From the NCBI GenBank assembly GCA_039033355.1, contig JBCCCT010000001.1, positions 5,893-69,892 on the forward strand: a stretch of 64,000 bases of DNA. Direction: 5' to 3'. The DNA comes from Pseudomonadota bacterium (GTDB lineage: Bacteria; Pseudomonadota; Alphaproteobacteria; Caulobacterales; Hyphomonadaceae). The notes below the pieces were generated by a model, which saw only the letters and a list, made by a program, of their open reading frames with translations, searched no databases and was not told the DNA's origin. How positions within the stretch are numbered: position 1 is the stretch's first letter; each line of letters starts with the position of its first letter. Below, in pieces: positions 1-10,122 of this stretch. Both the position numbers and the translations under genes were made by a program.

Positions 1-303
1 ATTATTGCGGGGGCTGGCGGAGCAGCGCATCTTCCCGGCATGGCCGCGTCCATGACGCCGCTGCCGGTTTTGGGGGTTCCCGTCCAGTCCAAGGCGCTCA
101 ATGGGATCGACAGTCTGCTTTCCATCGCCCAGATGCCGAAAGGTATTCCCGTTGGCACATTGGCGATTGGCGAAGCCGGGGCCGCCAATGCCGGTCTTCT
201 CGCCGCCTCGATTATTGCGCTTGAACAGCCCGACGTCGCTGCGAAGCTCGATGCATTTCGGGCGGCCCAATCTGCGGCAGTGCAGGAGACACCTGATACA
301 TGA
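1..303 (+). CDS. purE: N5-carboxyaminoimidazole ribonucleotide mutase PurE, C-terminal part (5' end lies outside the window)
   Basis: Frame 1 is open from base 1: [14 protein letters not shown]...PVLGVPV...[20 protein letters not shown], typical of the PurE core. It overlaps purK by 4 nt (ATGA). Confidence 0.9.
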   Translation: MIAGAGGAAHLPGMAASMTPLPVLGVPVQSKALNGIDSLLSIAQMPKGIPVGTLAIGEAGAANAGLLAASIIALEQPDVAAKLDAFRAAQSAAVQETPDT

Positions 304-1367
304 GTGCGCTGAAGGCTGGCGCAACGATTGGCATTCTCGGCGGTGGTCAGCTTGGCCGGATGCTGGCGATTGCGGCGGCGCAGCTGGGCTTTGACGTCTC
401 CATCTATTGCCCGGAGCTTGATTGCCCGGCGGCGCGTGTCGCGGCCCGTCATGTCGTGGGACCCTATGATGACCCCGATGCACTGCTGGCCTGGGCCCGG
501 ACATGCGACGTCGTCACTTATGAATTTGAGAATGTACCGGTCAGCGCTGCCGAAGCGCTGATTGCGGCCGGGATCAGCGTTCGCCCTGGCGCGAAACCGC
601 TGGAGGTCTCGCAGGACCGGTTTGTCGAGAAGTCCTTTCTGCAATCCTGCGGCATCGACACAGCAGGATTTGCGACAGTGGAACAGGCCAGCGACATCGC
701 TGCGCCGATTGAGCGTTTTGGCGGGCAGGGCATCCTGAAGACACGGCGCGATGGCTATGATGGCAAGGGCCAGGCGCGGCTGGGAGCCGGCGACGATTAT
801 GAAGCCGCGCACAAGTCGCTCGGACATGCGCCCTGCATTCTGGAAGCCATGGTGCCGTTTGCCTGCGAAATTTCCGTCATCATCGCGCGTGACGTAACCG
901 GCCAGTCCATCTGCTATGACGTGCCGCGCAATCAGCATGTGAACGGGATACTCCGCACGTCGACCGCGCCGGCAAATGTCGAACCGGATGTCGCCGAGCG
1001 CGCCTGTGCCGCCGCGAAAGCGCTGGCCGATGCGCTGGACTATGTCGGCGTTCTGGCGCTCGAGTTCTTTGTACTTGAGGATGGTGCATTACTGGCCAAT
1101 GAGTTTGCGCCGCGGGTTCACAATTCCGGACACTGGACACCTGAAGCCTGTGCGACCGGTCAGTTTGAGCAACATGTGCGTGCTGTTGCCGGATGGCCGC
1201 TCGGCGATGTGACCCGATATCATGACGTTGAGATGCTGAACCTGTTGGGCGAAGAGGCTCTGGCGCCGCCTGCCGACCTTCTGGAAGGGGCGGTATTGAC
1301 TTTATACGGAAAGCGCGACGCCAAGCCTGGCCGTAAGATGGGACATTTGATCAGGCGTTTGTCTTGA
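300..1367 (+). CDS. purK: N5-carboxyaminoimidazole ribonucleotide synthase PurK (ATP-grasp)
   Basis: The N-terminus reads [14 protein letters not shown]. It has ATP-grasp length and layout (355 aa) and sits directly after purE. Confidence 0.9.
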   Translation: MSALKAGATIGILGGGQLGRMLAIAAAQLGFDVSIYCPELDCPAARVAARHVVGPYDDPDALLAWARTCDVVTYEFENVPVSAAEALIAAGISVRPGAKPLEVSQDRFVEKSFLQSCGIDTAGFATVEQASDIAAPIERFGGQGILKTRRDGYDGKGQARLGAGDDYEAAHKSLGHAPCILEAMVPFACEISVIIARDVTGQSICYDVPRNQHVNGILRTSTAPANVEPDVAERACAAAKALADALDYVGVLALEFFVLEDGALLANEFAPRVHNSGHWTPEACATGQFEQHVRAVAGWPLGDVTRYHDVEMLNLLGEEALAPPADLLEGAVLTLYGKRDAKPGRKMGHLIRRLS

Positions 1368-1752
1368 ACGCGAATTTCCGATAGCCGAAAAATGAGAGTC
1401 CGGTGGCGAAGCCGGTCGAGATCAAGACCGCCACTGCCGGTTGCAGCCCAGATATATTAAGGAGAAGCGCTGCATAGATTGCATAATTGCATGCGGCGAC
1501 AGCCATTGCGACCAGAAGATATCTCAGACCTTCACTGACCTGGCTGGTCGGACTGGGACCGAACGTCATGGCGCGATTCAAACGCCAGGTTGTCAGCATG
1601 GCCAGCACAATCGCGACGATACGGGCCAGTAGCGGATCGATTCCAAGAGCGATCAGCACCAGCGTGGTGCCCATATCGACAAAGAAGCCGATCGCGCCCA
1701 CAAATGCAAACCTTCCAAACTGCCCCAGCAGTTGATGATTCATTTGTTCCAA
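1351..1752 (-). CDS. GtrA-family small membrane protein (polyprenyl-phosphate-sugar translocation family)
   Basis: 133 aa with four hydrophobic segments and a GtrA-type N-terminus, FGRFAFVGAIGFFVDMGT. TTG start. It overlaps the upstream GT2 gene by 13 nt. Confidence 0.75.
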   Translation of the reverse strand: MEQMNHQLLGQFGRFAFVGAIGFFVDMGTTLVLIALGIDPLLARIVAIVLAMLTTWRLNRAMTFGPSPTSQVSEGLRYLLVAMAVAACNYAIYAALLLNISGLQPAVAVLISTGFATGLSFFGYRKFAFKTNA

Positions 1753-2717
1753 TCCGGGTTTTGCAGACTAAGGAAGACGGCGCGCTTGGCTTCGATACGC
1801 GCCCGCGCCAGACTATCGAGGATTAGGCCCGAAACCGCAAGTATGGTCGCCGTTATTACCAGACCGGTGGCCAGAATGGCGGTTGGAAAGCGCGGAACAA
1901 GCCCCGTCTGGGCATAAGTGGCCAGCAAGGGCACCGCCAGGATCGCGGCGAGCAGGACCAGACCCATGCCGATCGTCCCGAAGAAGGCTGCAGGTCGCGT
2001 TTCCTTTGCGAGCATCGCGAACATGCCGAGAATGCGAAATCCGTCGCGGAATGTGCGCAGCTTGGACTGGCTGTCTTCCGGCCGGACGCCGTAAACGGTC
2101 GGGCGCTCAAGCGTGGGGATGCCGAGCTGGCTGCAATGGACCGACATTTCCGTCTCGATCTCAAAACCGCTCGAGACAGCTGGAAAGGATTTGACGAAGC
2201 GACGGGTGAAGACGCGATACCCGGAAAAAATGTCGGAGAATTGCTTGCCGAACAGGCGGCCGTAAATCTTGTTGAACAGCTTGTTGCCAAAGGCGTGCCC
2301 GCCACGACCGGCATCCTTGGTCACGTCGGCGCGGGTGCCGACCACCATGTCGACATGATTGCGCTTCAGCAGTTCGACCAGGGTCGGGGCGATCGAGGCA
2401 TCATATGTATCATCGCCATCGACCATGAGATAGATATCGGCATCGACATCCGCGAACATGCGACGCACGACATGACCTTTGCCCTGACGTTGCTCCGTGC
2501 GGACAATTGCGCCAGCATCGCTTGCGACCTGCGCCGTATTGTCGGTCGAGTTATTGTCAAACACATAGATGTCCGCGTCGGGAAGGGCCGCGCGGAAATC
2601 GGCAATGACCTTGGCGATGGTCACGGCTTCATTATAGCACGGAATGGTCACGGCGATCCGCACCGGAGCGGGTTCAGCGAGCGCGACTGGCCGTGGGGCA
2701 TTTACGTCTTGCCTCAT
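1740..2717 (-). CDS. GT2 polyprenyl-phosphate glycosyltransferase (GtrB/DPM1-like)
   Basis: Motifs VTIPCYNEAVTI, VFDNNSTDNT and the DxD MVDGDDTYD, plus two C-terminal TM helices as in GtrB/ArnC-type enzymes. Confidence 0.8.
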   Translation of the reverse strand: MRQDVNAPRPVALAEPAPVRIAVTIPCYNEAVTIAKVIADFRAALPDADIYVFDNNSTDNTAQVASDAGAIVRTEQRQGKGHVVRRMFADVDADIYLMVDGDDTYDASIAPTLVELLKRNHVDMVVGTRADVTKDAGRGGHAFGNKLFNKIYGRLFGKQFSDIFSGYRVFTRRFVKSFPAVSSGFEIETEMSVHCSQLGIPTLERPTVYGVRPEDSQSKLRTFRDGFRILGMFAMLAKETRPAAFFGTIGMGLVLLAAILAVPLLATYAQTGLVPRFPTAILATGLVITATILAVSGLILDSLARARIEAKRAVFLSLQNPDWNK

Positions 2718-2798
2718 GGTCGAAGCCTTTCGGTAACTTCCATGTGTGATAGCTCGCTTAAGCTTAAAGACAGGTAAGGCTAAGGCGACAATTTCCTA

Positions 2799-4601
2799 AT
2801 GGCTTCTTCACTTTTCCGCCGGAATGGCGCGCTCGGCGATGGTAAATGGATCTTGTGGAGCTTCGCCATTGTGCCCATTGTCATCCTGTCTTTCCGAATC
2901 CCGGAATTGATGACCGGCGTGCTGGCCGGGCTCGACGATATGATGCGCCTGCAGCAAGTGCGCGATTTGCTCGCCGGCCAGGCCTGGTTCGATGTCGATC
3001 AAGCGCGCTTGCTGACGCCGGAAGGCGGCAATATGCATTGGTCGCGTTTGCCGGACCTGTTCCTGGCGGGCTTCATCTATGTGATGCAGCCACTGATTGG
3101 ACAATCAGCGGCCGAAGCCCTGGCGATTACGATCTGGCCTTTGATGCTGCTCGCCGCTGTGATCGCGCTGCTTTGCAGCATCATGCAGCGACTGGGCATT
3201 CGCCTGGCCGGGCTGGTCTGTGCGCTGTTCTTTTTCTTCGGCGCGGCGTCTTTTTTCAATTTCTGGCCCGGGCGGATCGATCATCACGGACTCGTCGCGG
3301 TTTTGGTCCTGGCCGGTTTGGCCGCGCTTGTGTCGAAGCAATATTCAGCGCGTTCAGGGATCATTCTGGCCGTCTGTATCGCCACAGCGTTCAGCATCGC
3401 GATTGAAGCCCTGCCATATGTGGTCGGCCTGATCGCCATTCTCGGCTTGTTCTGGATTGTCCGCGGACACAGGGAGGGGGTGCGCCTCGCCAGTTTCGGT
3501 CTTGCCTTGATGGTCTCCGCCACGCTGTTTCTAATTCTGGATGCGCCAGGGCTCGGGGACCGACGGATGGTTTGCGACGCCTATGGCACATCGCATTGGG
3601 CGGCCCTTGCGTCCGGCGGTATGCTCCTGACCCTGTTAGGGGTTTTTGGAGGTTGGCTCGATTCCTGGCCGAAACGGCTGGTCGCTGGTGCCCTGGCGGC
3701 GGGTCTGACTCTGGCAGTCTTCATCGCGGTGAACCCGGCTTGCTTCGGCGATCCTTATGCGGCCGTACCGGAATCCGTGCGCGCATCCTGGCTCAGCGCT
3801 GTGGCTGAAGCGCAGACCTTGCCGCAAATGCTGGAGGATGACCTCCCGCGTGTTCTGTGGGTGTATGGCTTCCTTGCGACGGCCAGCCTGGCCACTGTCT
3901 GGATGATTGTTCGGGCAGAACCGCAACAGCGATTGGCGCGCATTGGGGTCGGTCTGCTTCTGGCCCTCGCTTGCGCCGCCACGATTTGGCAATTGCGCGG
4001 GCAGTCCTTCTCGCACCTGTTCGCCCTGATTGGCGCGGGCTGGTTTGCGGGTGAACGATTCAATGACTGGCAGTCAAAACGTGGCGTCGGTCCCTTGCTG
4101 GTTTTCGCTGTCTCGGCCATGTTTCTGGCGCCCGCTGCCTGGCGCTATATCGGCAACGCAACGGAACAGCCGGTGACACAAGCCAGTGCCGAACGCGAGT
4201 CGCTGAGCAGCGAGTGCATTGTGCCAGAGAATTATGTCGCCATCGCAGAAATGCCGAAAATGCGGATCCACACGCCGATCGACCTGGGTATTCCGGTCCT
4301 TCTGCGGACGCCGCATGATGTGTTCGTTGGTCCCTATCATCGCAACGTCAAAGGGATTGAACGGGCCAATCTGGTCCTGATCGGGCCGCCTGAACTGGCC
4401 CAGGGCCGCTTGTTGGAAATGGGCGCGACCCATTTGGCGTATTGCTATCGATTGGGCGAGACCAATCGTTATGGCAACTTGTGGCCGGACAGTTTTGCCG
4501 CCCAATTGAATCGCGGCGATATCCCTGACTGGTTGGAGCCGGCGGATGATCTGACGGAACGCGACGGCGTGGTTCGTCTGTACCGCGTCATGCCCGATTG
4601 A
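2799..4601 (+). CDS. Large polytopic membrane protein, possible GT-C-type periplasmic glycosyltransferase partner of the GtrAB-like pair
   Basis: 600 aa with more than 10 hydrophobic helices, an acidic first loop (GLDDMMRLQQVRD) and a soluble C-terminal domain. It is divergent from the gtrB-like gene. The function is inferred from context only. Confidence 0.45.
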   Translation: MASSLFRRNGALGDGKWILWSFAIVPIVILSFRIPELMTGVLAGLDDMMRLQQVRDLLAGQAWFDVDQARLLTPEGGNMHWSRLPDLFLAGFIYVMQPLIGQSAAEALAITIWPLMLLAAVIALLCSIMQRLGIRLAGLVCALFFFFGAASFFNFWPGRIDHHGLVAVLVLAGLAALVSKQYSARSGIILAVCIATAFSIAIEALPYVVGLIAILGLFWIVRGHREGVRLASFGLALMVSATLFLILDAPGLGDRRMVCDAYGTSHWAALASGGMLLTLLGVFGGWLDSWPKRLVAGALAAGLTLAVFIAVNPACFGDPYAAVPESVRASWLSAVAEAQTLPQMLEDDLPRVLWVYGFLATASLATVWMIVRAEPQQRLARIGVGLLLALACAATIWQLRGQSFSHLFALIGAGWFAGERFNDWQSKRGVGPLLVFAVSAMFLAPAAWRYIGNATEQPVTQASAERESLSSECIVPENYVAIAEMPKMRIHTPIDLGIPVLLRTPHDVFVGPYHRNVKGIERANLVLIGPPELAQGRLLEMGATHLAYCYRLGETNRYGNLWPDSFAAQLNRGDIPDWLEPADDLTERDGVVRLYRVMPD

Positions 4602-4651
4602 GCGCCGGCCCGAGACGTTGACCCTGTCGCGGGTTTGCGTCAAAGGAGGCC

Positions 4652-6100
4652 ATGACAAAACTAAAAAATCCAAAAGACATAATCAGCGAGCTGGAAAAGC
4701 TCTACTCCCAGTCAGTCGAGGCCCTTTGCGCCGCGCTGCAAGACTATCTGCATGAAGGCAAAACGCCGGATCCGGACGCCCGGGCCAATGGCGCATTTTG
4801 CTATCCCGAACTGATCATCCGCTACAATCCGGATGGTCCGCCGCCGCCAATATCCCGGGCCTTCGGCAAAATGTCCGAGCCGGGCACCTATTCCACCACG
4901 GTGACCCAGCCGGAATTCTATCGGCATTATCTGATCGAACAGCTAGAGCCGCTTCTGCGCGACTATGACATTGAGGTGGAGGTCAAACGCTCTGTCGCCG
5001 AAATCCCGTACGCCTATGTCTGGGAACAGGGGCAGGCCAGCGGACTGGATGAAATCAACCCGGCTGAACTGGCCAAATGGTTCCCGGCCCCCGAACTCAG
5101 CGATATTGGTGATGAGATCGCGGATGGCGAACTCTACGAGCCCTTCGATCATCGACCGCTGGCGCTGTTCGATGGCCCGCGGACCGACTTTTCGCTCAAG
5201 CGTTTGCAGCACTATACCGGAACGCCGGTGGCGCATTTTCAGCGCTATTTGCTGTTCACCAATTACCATCGCTATGTCGATGCCTTTGTCGACTGGGGCC
5301 TGGACCAGTTACGCTCTGATAGCCGATATCAACAGCTTTCCGTCGCTGGCGGCCTGGTGGTCGACAAGACGACCGAAAATGCCCGTGAGCAAATTGACAA
5401 TGCGCCCTGGCGGCGCTTCCAGATGCCGGCTTATCACCTGACGGCCGAGAACGGGTCTGGGATCACGCTCGTCAATATTGGCGTTGGGCCATCCAATGCG
5501 AAGACGATTACCGACCACCTCGCGGTCCTGCGTCCCGAATGCTGGATCATGGTCGGTCATTGTGGTGGTCTGCGTCACAGCCAGGCGATTGGCGACTATG
5601 TTCTGGCACACGCTTACCTTCGGGATGATCATGTGCTCGACGATGTCCTGTCTCCGGATATCCCGATCCCGCCCATTGCTGAAGTCCAGATGGCTTTGCA
5701 GGAAGCTTCCGCGGAGGTCACGGGCGATACAGGCGAGGCGCTGAAAAAGCGTCTGCGCACAGGGACCGTCGTGACCACGGATGACCGCAATTGGGAGCTC
5801 CGCTTCTCTGACAGCGCCCGGCGGTTCAACCAGTCACGGGCGATCGCCATCGATATGGAAAGTGCCACCATCGCGGCCAACGGCTTTCGCTTGCGGGTGC
5901 CCTATGGCGTTCTGCTCTGCGTCTCGGACAAGCCGCTGCATGGCGAGATCAAGCTGCCCGGGGCAGCCAATAAATTCTATGAAAAGTCGATCGGTCAGCA
6001 TTTGCAGATCGGGGTCGCGACGCTGGAGAAACTTGCCAGCGGTGACGCCAAACTGCACAGCCGGAAACTGCGCGCCTTTGATGAACCGCCATTCCGCTGA
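4652..6100 (+). CDS. amn: AMP nucleosidase
   Basis: 482 aa. The N-terminal regulatory domain is followed by a PNP/UDP phosphorylase-type catalytic domain (VNIGVGPSNAKTITDHL, AIDMESATIAANG, CVSDKPLHGE). Confidence 0.85.
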   Translation: MTKLKNPKDIISELEKLYSQSVEALCAALQDYLHEGKTPDPDARANGAFCYPELIIRYNPDGPPPPISRAFGKMSEPGTYSTTVTQPEFYRHYLIEQLEPLLRDYDIEVEVKRSVAEIPYAYVWEQGQASGLDEINPAELAKWFPAPELSDIGDEIADGELYEPFDHRPLALFDGPRTDFSLKRLQHYTGTPVAHFQRYLLFTNYHRYVDAFVDWGLDQLRSDSRYQQLSVAGGLVVDKTTENAREQIDNAPWRRFQMPAYHLTAENGSGITLVNIGVGPSNAKTITDHLAVLRPECWIMVGHCGGLRHSQAIGDYVLAHAYLRDDHVLDDVLSPDIPIPPIAEVQMALQEASAEVTGDTGEALKKRLRTGTVVTTDDRNWELRFSDSARRFNQSRAIAIDMESATIAANGFRLRVPYGVLLCVSDKPLHGEIKLPGAANKFYEKSIGQHLQIGVATLEKLASGDAKLHSRKLRAFDEPPFR

Positions 6101-6792
6101 TGAGTGCATCGCCGACCTCATTTGATCTCGGTCGGGTTCTGTCTGGCTGGTGGTGGCTGCTGAATCGCGACGGTTTGCGGATCATGCGCTTTGCCGCCTT
6201 CTGGGTGCTGGTAACATTTGCACTCTACACGCTGGATCACATACTGGGGCTCAACCAGGGACTCGGCTTGTTCAGTACGACGATGTTGCTCGATCCTTTC
6301 TTCATTGGCGTGTTTTATCTGGTCGCGCTGAGTGATTATGGCGACGGTCCCATGCAGGTCGTGGGCGAAGCTAGTCGGCGCTATCCGGCGCTGCTGGTTC
6401 TGACCATTCTGGCCAATGTCGGGACTATTGCCGGATTTGTGATGCTCATCCTGCCCGGCATCGCGCTGGCCGTATTATGGGCCGTTTCCTTGCCGGTCAT
6501 GCTGGCCGAGAATAAAGGGCCGACGGATGCCTTGCGGTCGAGCTTTGACTATGTTCGCCCGCATTTCTGGCCGGTGCTGGGCGCTTACATGATCTATCTG
6601 GTCGGGCTTGTCGTCCTGATCATTTTTCTGCTTGTGGTTGGATTGAGCAGTGATGATGGCGCGCCGGGTCCATTGCTGGCTGTCGAGTCGCTGACAGAAG
6701 TCATCACGTCACTTATCGGTGTCTATCTCACGGCCGCCATCTATCGCGAACTGGCCTATACAGGCCGACATGATGTCGACGTGTTTAATTGA
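6100..6792 (+). CDS. Polytopic membrane protein of unknown function
   Basis: 230 aa with 5-6 hydrophobic helices. Its start overlaps the amn stop (TGATG), which suggests translational coupling. Confidence 0.6.
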   Translation: MSASPTSFDLGRVLSGWWWLLNRDGLRIMRFAAFWVLVTFALYTLDHILGLNQGLGLFSTTMLLDPFFIGVFYLVALSDYGDGPMQVVGEASRRYPALLVLTILANVGTIAGFVMLILPGIALAVLWAVSLPVMLAENKGPTDALRSSFDYVRPHFWPVLGAYMIYLVGLVVLIIFLLVVGLSSDDGAPGPLLAVESLTEVITSLIGVYLTAAIYRELAYTGRHDVDVFN

Positions 6793-6880
6793 GCCAAACC
6801 GCGCTGGCTTGCCTTGCGTCAGCGTGGACGCCCCGCAAGTTTCGCCCTAGTTCAGCGGCAGGACGCTCAGGAGCTCAAGC

Positions 6881-7663
6881 ATGCAGGATCGCGTAAAGAC
6901 GTTTGAGAATATTCGAAACTTCCGGGACTTTGGCGGCTATCAGGGCGCCGGTGGACGGTCCATTCGCACCGGCGCGTTGTTTCGCTCGGCCCAGTTTGGT
7001 GAGGCGAGCGAGTCCGACATGGCGGCTCTGGCCGTATACAATATCAAGGTCCAGGCCGATCTGCGTCGTCCGGATGAACGCGAGCGGCACGGCCATCGCT
7101 GGCCCGTAAATGGCGTTCAGGTGATCGCAAGCGACAAGGGCGAGGCGACACAGGCCCCGCATGTGCGATTCCTGACCGAAGTCGCCGTCGATGCCCCAAA
7201 GGCGCATGGCTGGATGGTCGACTATTATCGCGCCGCGCCGTACAAGGAACAGCATATCGAGACCTTCTCGGCCTGGTTCAAGGCGATTGCCGAACTGGCT
7301 TCGGATGAGGCGGCCGTGGTCAATTGCGCCGCTGGAAAAGACCGGACGGGCATTCTCTGCGCGTTGACCCATCATGTGCTTGGCGTTGATCGCGAAGCCA
7401 TATTTGCGGATTACGAGCTGACCAATCAGGCCGCCGATGTTGCCAGCCGCCTGCCGGAAATGGCGCGCCTGTTCAATGACCATATCGGCAAGGATTACGA
7501 CCACGCCGTCTATCACCCCTTTGTCGGGGTAGATGTTAGTTTTCTCGAAGCGGCTTTGGACAGTATTAGCCAACAGTCCGGCGACGTCGACACCTATTTG
7601 AGTGAAACGCTTGGGGTTGATGCTGCGCGCGTCGCAAATTTGCGGAATGCCTATCTGACCTAA
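6881..7663 (+). CDS. Tyrosine-protein phosphatase family protein (CX5R P-loop)
   Basis: The P-loop VNCAAGKDRTG matches the C-x5-R(S/T) signature of PTP-superfamily enzymes. 260 aa. Confidence 0.75.
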   Translation: MQDRVKTFENIRNFRDFGGYQGAGGRSIRTGALFRSAQFGEASESDMAALAVYNIKVQADLRRPDERERHGHRWPVNGVQVIASDKGEATQAPHVRFLTEVAVDAPKAHGWMVDYYRAAPYKEQHIETFSAWFKAIAELASDEAAVVNCAAGKDRTGILCALTHHVLGVDREAIFADYELTNQAADVASRLPEMARLFNDHIGKDYDHAVYHPFVGVDVSFLEAALDSISQQSGDVDTYLSETLGVDAARVANLRNAYLT

Positions 7664-7732
7664 TCATAAGGCTCTGATCACAGTTTTCGTGAGGCCCTTG
7701 TCTAGAGGCCTGCATCCAGCGTATCGGGACGC

Positions 7733-8671
7733 ATGACTGATACTGTTCGTTTGTGCGCCGTTCAGGCCGCACCCATCCTGTTCGACAAGCAAGCCAGCCT
7801 CGAGACCGCGATCAACTGGATCGACAAGGCGGCCAGGGAAAAGCCCGATATTATTGCCTTTGGCGAAGCCTGGCTGCCAGGCTATCCATTCTTCATTGAC
7901 AGTCCGCTGTCAGACACCTGGTGGAGCGCCGCGAGCGAGTTGCTCAAAAATGGTGTGCGGCTGGATGGGCCCGAAGTTGCGGCGTTGTGTCAGGCCGCCA
8001 AAGGCGCCAATTCGGATCTGGTCATAGGCGTCAATGAGCTCGACCCGCAAACCGAAGCGACCTTGTACTGCACCATGCTGACCATTGGGCGCGATGGCGA
8101 AATCCTGAACCGCCACCGCAAGCTGAAGCCCACGCATCATGAGCGCTCCGTCTGGGGCGACGGCGACGCCAAGGGGCTGAAGCCCGTGGCGCGAGACTGG
8201 GGCCGGCTTTCGGCCCTCAACTGCTGGGAACATAATGCCGTGCTGCCCGCCTATGCCTTGATGGCGCAAGGGGTCGATGTGCACGTGGCGGCCTGGCCTG
8301 GGCGAGAACCGCATCAGGCGCCGAGCCAGCCGGTCTGGGCCCGACAACTTCTCTTGAGCCGCGCCTTTGCCAGCCAGGCGGGCGCCTGGGTCATTTGCTC
8401 CGCAGGGCTACGTTTGCAAGGGAACGTGCCGGAGCGGTTCCAGTCGCTTTACGAGTTTGATCATAATGGTGGCAGCGCGATTATCGATCCACGTGGAGAA
8501 ATCGTCGCCGGGGTTCTGACAGATGAAGAGGGTATTCTGGTGGCTGATGCAGATCTGGCATTGGCGCGGGCCTGCAAGGTCGCGAGTGACCCGGCCGGCC
8601 ATTACTCACGCCCCGACCTGTTCCGTCTGGAGGTCGATGGGCGTGAGATTTATCCGGGAGAACGCGGCTAG
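7733..8671 (+). CDS. Nitrilase / carbon-nitrogen hydrolase
   Basis: The catalytic triad contexts FGEAWLPGYP (Glu), HRKLKPT (Lys) and LNCWEH (Cys) are all present. Confidence 0.85.
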   Translation: MTDTVRLCAVQAAPILFDKQASLETAINWIDKAAREKPDIIAFGEAWLPGYPFFIDSPLSDTWWSAASELLKNGVRLDGPEVAALCQAAKGANSDLVIGVNELDPQTEATLYCTMLTIGRDGEILNRHRKLKPTHHERSVWGDGDAKGLKPVARDWGRLSALNCWEHNAVLPAYALMAQGVDVHVAAWPGREPHQAPSQPVWARQLLLSRAFASQAGAWVICSAGLRLQGNVPERFQSLYEFDHNGGSAIIDPRGEIVAGVLTDEEGILVADADLALARACKVASDPAGHYSRPDLFRLEVDGREIYPGERG

Positions 8672-9144
8672 CTGTCGCTCAGCTGGTTCGCCATTTTGGT
8701 GGCGAAGCGTCGTGACGCCCGATTGGCATCGGTCCAGACACCTGATCCGACGACATCGCGCAGATTGTTTTCGAACCAGCCATATTCCTGTGACGCAATG
8801 ACATTGCCGTCAGCGTCATAGGCGGTGCCGACCAGTTCCATACCGCCGAGGGAAATCGAGCGGAACGCGTCCAGTCCGGGACGATCCGAAAGCTGTTCCA
8901 GAGTGGGTCGGTTGGGTTTGGCGTTGACGATCAGGACATCGACGCGGGCTGGCTCAACGCCGGCTTTTGCAAAGGCGCGATCGAGATCTTCGATAATCTC
9001 TTCGGTCAGGGTTTCGCCTTCACGCTCACCATAATTATCAGCCAATTCCTCAGCAAAATCATCGCTGTAGGTCACTGCGACTTCGGTGGCGGCAGCGGTC
9101 GGCAAAATGGCCAGAGCGCCGATGGCGGCAAAGATGGTTTTCAT
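8668..9144 (-). CDS. Secreted hypothetical protein
   Basis: The preferred start is ATG at 9144, preceded by AGGAG. It gives the signal peptide MKTIFAAIGALAILPTAAA. The track ORF extends to 9207. Confidence 0.6.
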   Translation of the reverse strand: MKTIFAAIGALAILPTAAATEVAVTYSDDFAEELADNYGEREGETLTEEIIEDLDRAFAKAGVEPARVDVLIVNAKPNRPTLEQLSDRPGLDAFRSISLGGMELVGTAYDADGNVIASQEYGWFENNLRDVVGSGVWTDANRASRRFATKMANQLSDS

Positions 9145-9229
9145 GGCGAGCTCCTTTTCATGATCGGAACAAGATAGAATATAGGGTAAAAATCCATCTT
9201 GTTCCAATCACAGGCTTGCGAGGCCAATC

Positions 9230-9925
9230 TTAAATCGTGTCAACAAACACGATTTCGGCATCCTCGACCCCAATCAGGGTCAGCTTTGTGCCACCTGAAA
9301 TGGCAGCGCCATCGCGGGTTTTCAGGACCTCGCCATTCAGTTCAATCGCGCCCGCGGCGAGGACGAGATAGCCATATCGACCAGACTTGACCTCATAGTC
9401 GAGACTCTCGCCCGCCTTCAGGGTCGCGCCGAGCACGGCCGCATCTTGGCGGATGGGGAGTGCTTCGGTCTCACCATGGCCACTGGCCAACACCGCCCAT
9501 TCGCCAGACCGGTCGGCCTTCGGGAAGGCTTTCGCGCCCCAGTCAGGTGCACCGCCGGTTTGAGCCGGTTCGATCCAGAGTTGGAAAATCGTCGTGTTCT
9601 CACCCTCGGCATTCCATTCGGAATGCTGCACCCCATTGCCAGCGCTCATCACTTGAACGTCCCCGGCGTCGGTGCGACCCTTATTGCCCATCGAATCCTG
9701 GTGCGTAATCGCGCCGGAACGGACATAGGTGATAATCTCCATGTCGCGATGGCCATGCGGCGGGAAGCCGGTATTCGGCTTGATCGTATCATCATTCCAG
9801 ACCCGCAATTTGCCATGGCCCATGCGGGCGGGGTCGTAATAGTGCGAGAAGGAAAAATGATAATGGGCATTCAGCCAGTCATTCTCGAATGTCCCAAGGT
9901 CGGAAAAACGTCTGATCTCAATCAT
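9230..9925 (-). CDS. Pirin-family bicupin protein
   Basis: FPPHGHRDMEIITYVRSG matches the pirin N-terminal cupin metal-site motif. 231 aa is typical of the short YhhW-like pirins. Confidence 0.85.
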   Translation of the reverse strand: MIEIRRFSDLGTFENDWLNAHYHFSFSHYYDPARMGHGKLRVWNDDTIKPNTGFPPHGHRDMEIITYVRSGAITHQDSMGNKGRTDAGDVQVMSAGNGVQHSEWNAEGENTTIFQLWIEPAQTGGAPDWGAKAFPKADRSGEWAVLASGHGETEALPIRQDAAVLGATLKAGESLDYEVKSGRYGYLVLAAGAIELNGEVLKTRDGAAISGGTKLTLIGVEDAEIVFVDTI

Positions 9926-10036
9926 GAGAGTCTCCTTTTCTGCTGCGTTGGGACCAAGATGGCGCCTCAGAGCTTCCTGAGTAGCGGGCCGCGCCTGAAT
10001 TCAATTATGCACAATCAGCATGGATGTTTCGCACAC

Positions 10037-10061
10037 AAAAAACCCCGCCCAGAAGGCGGGG
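10037..10061 (-). terminator. Rho-independent terminator downstream of the blaR1-like gene
   Basis: Stem CCCCGCC (10043-10049) pairs with GGCGGGG (10055-10061) around a 5-nt loop. On the minus strand it is followed by a U6 run (A37-A42 on the plus strand). Confidence 0.65.
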
Positions 10062-10122
10062 TTATCGCTCTCAAGAGAAACCTGTGCGTTTGGTTCCAGG
10101 GAGGAGAGCGGGTTTGTGTGGC

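Noticed and set aside
6875-7573. 232-aa minus-strand ORF
   Set aside because: It is antisense to the CX5R phosphatase gene. It has no motifs, and the plus-strand frame has the catalytic P-loop.
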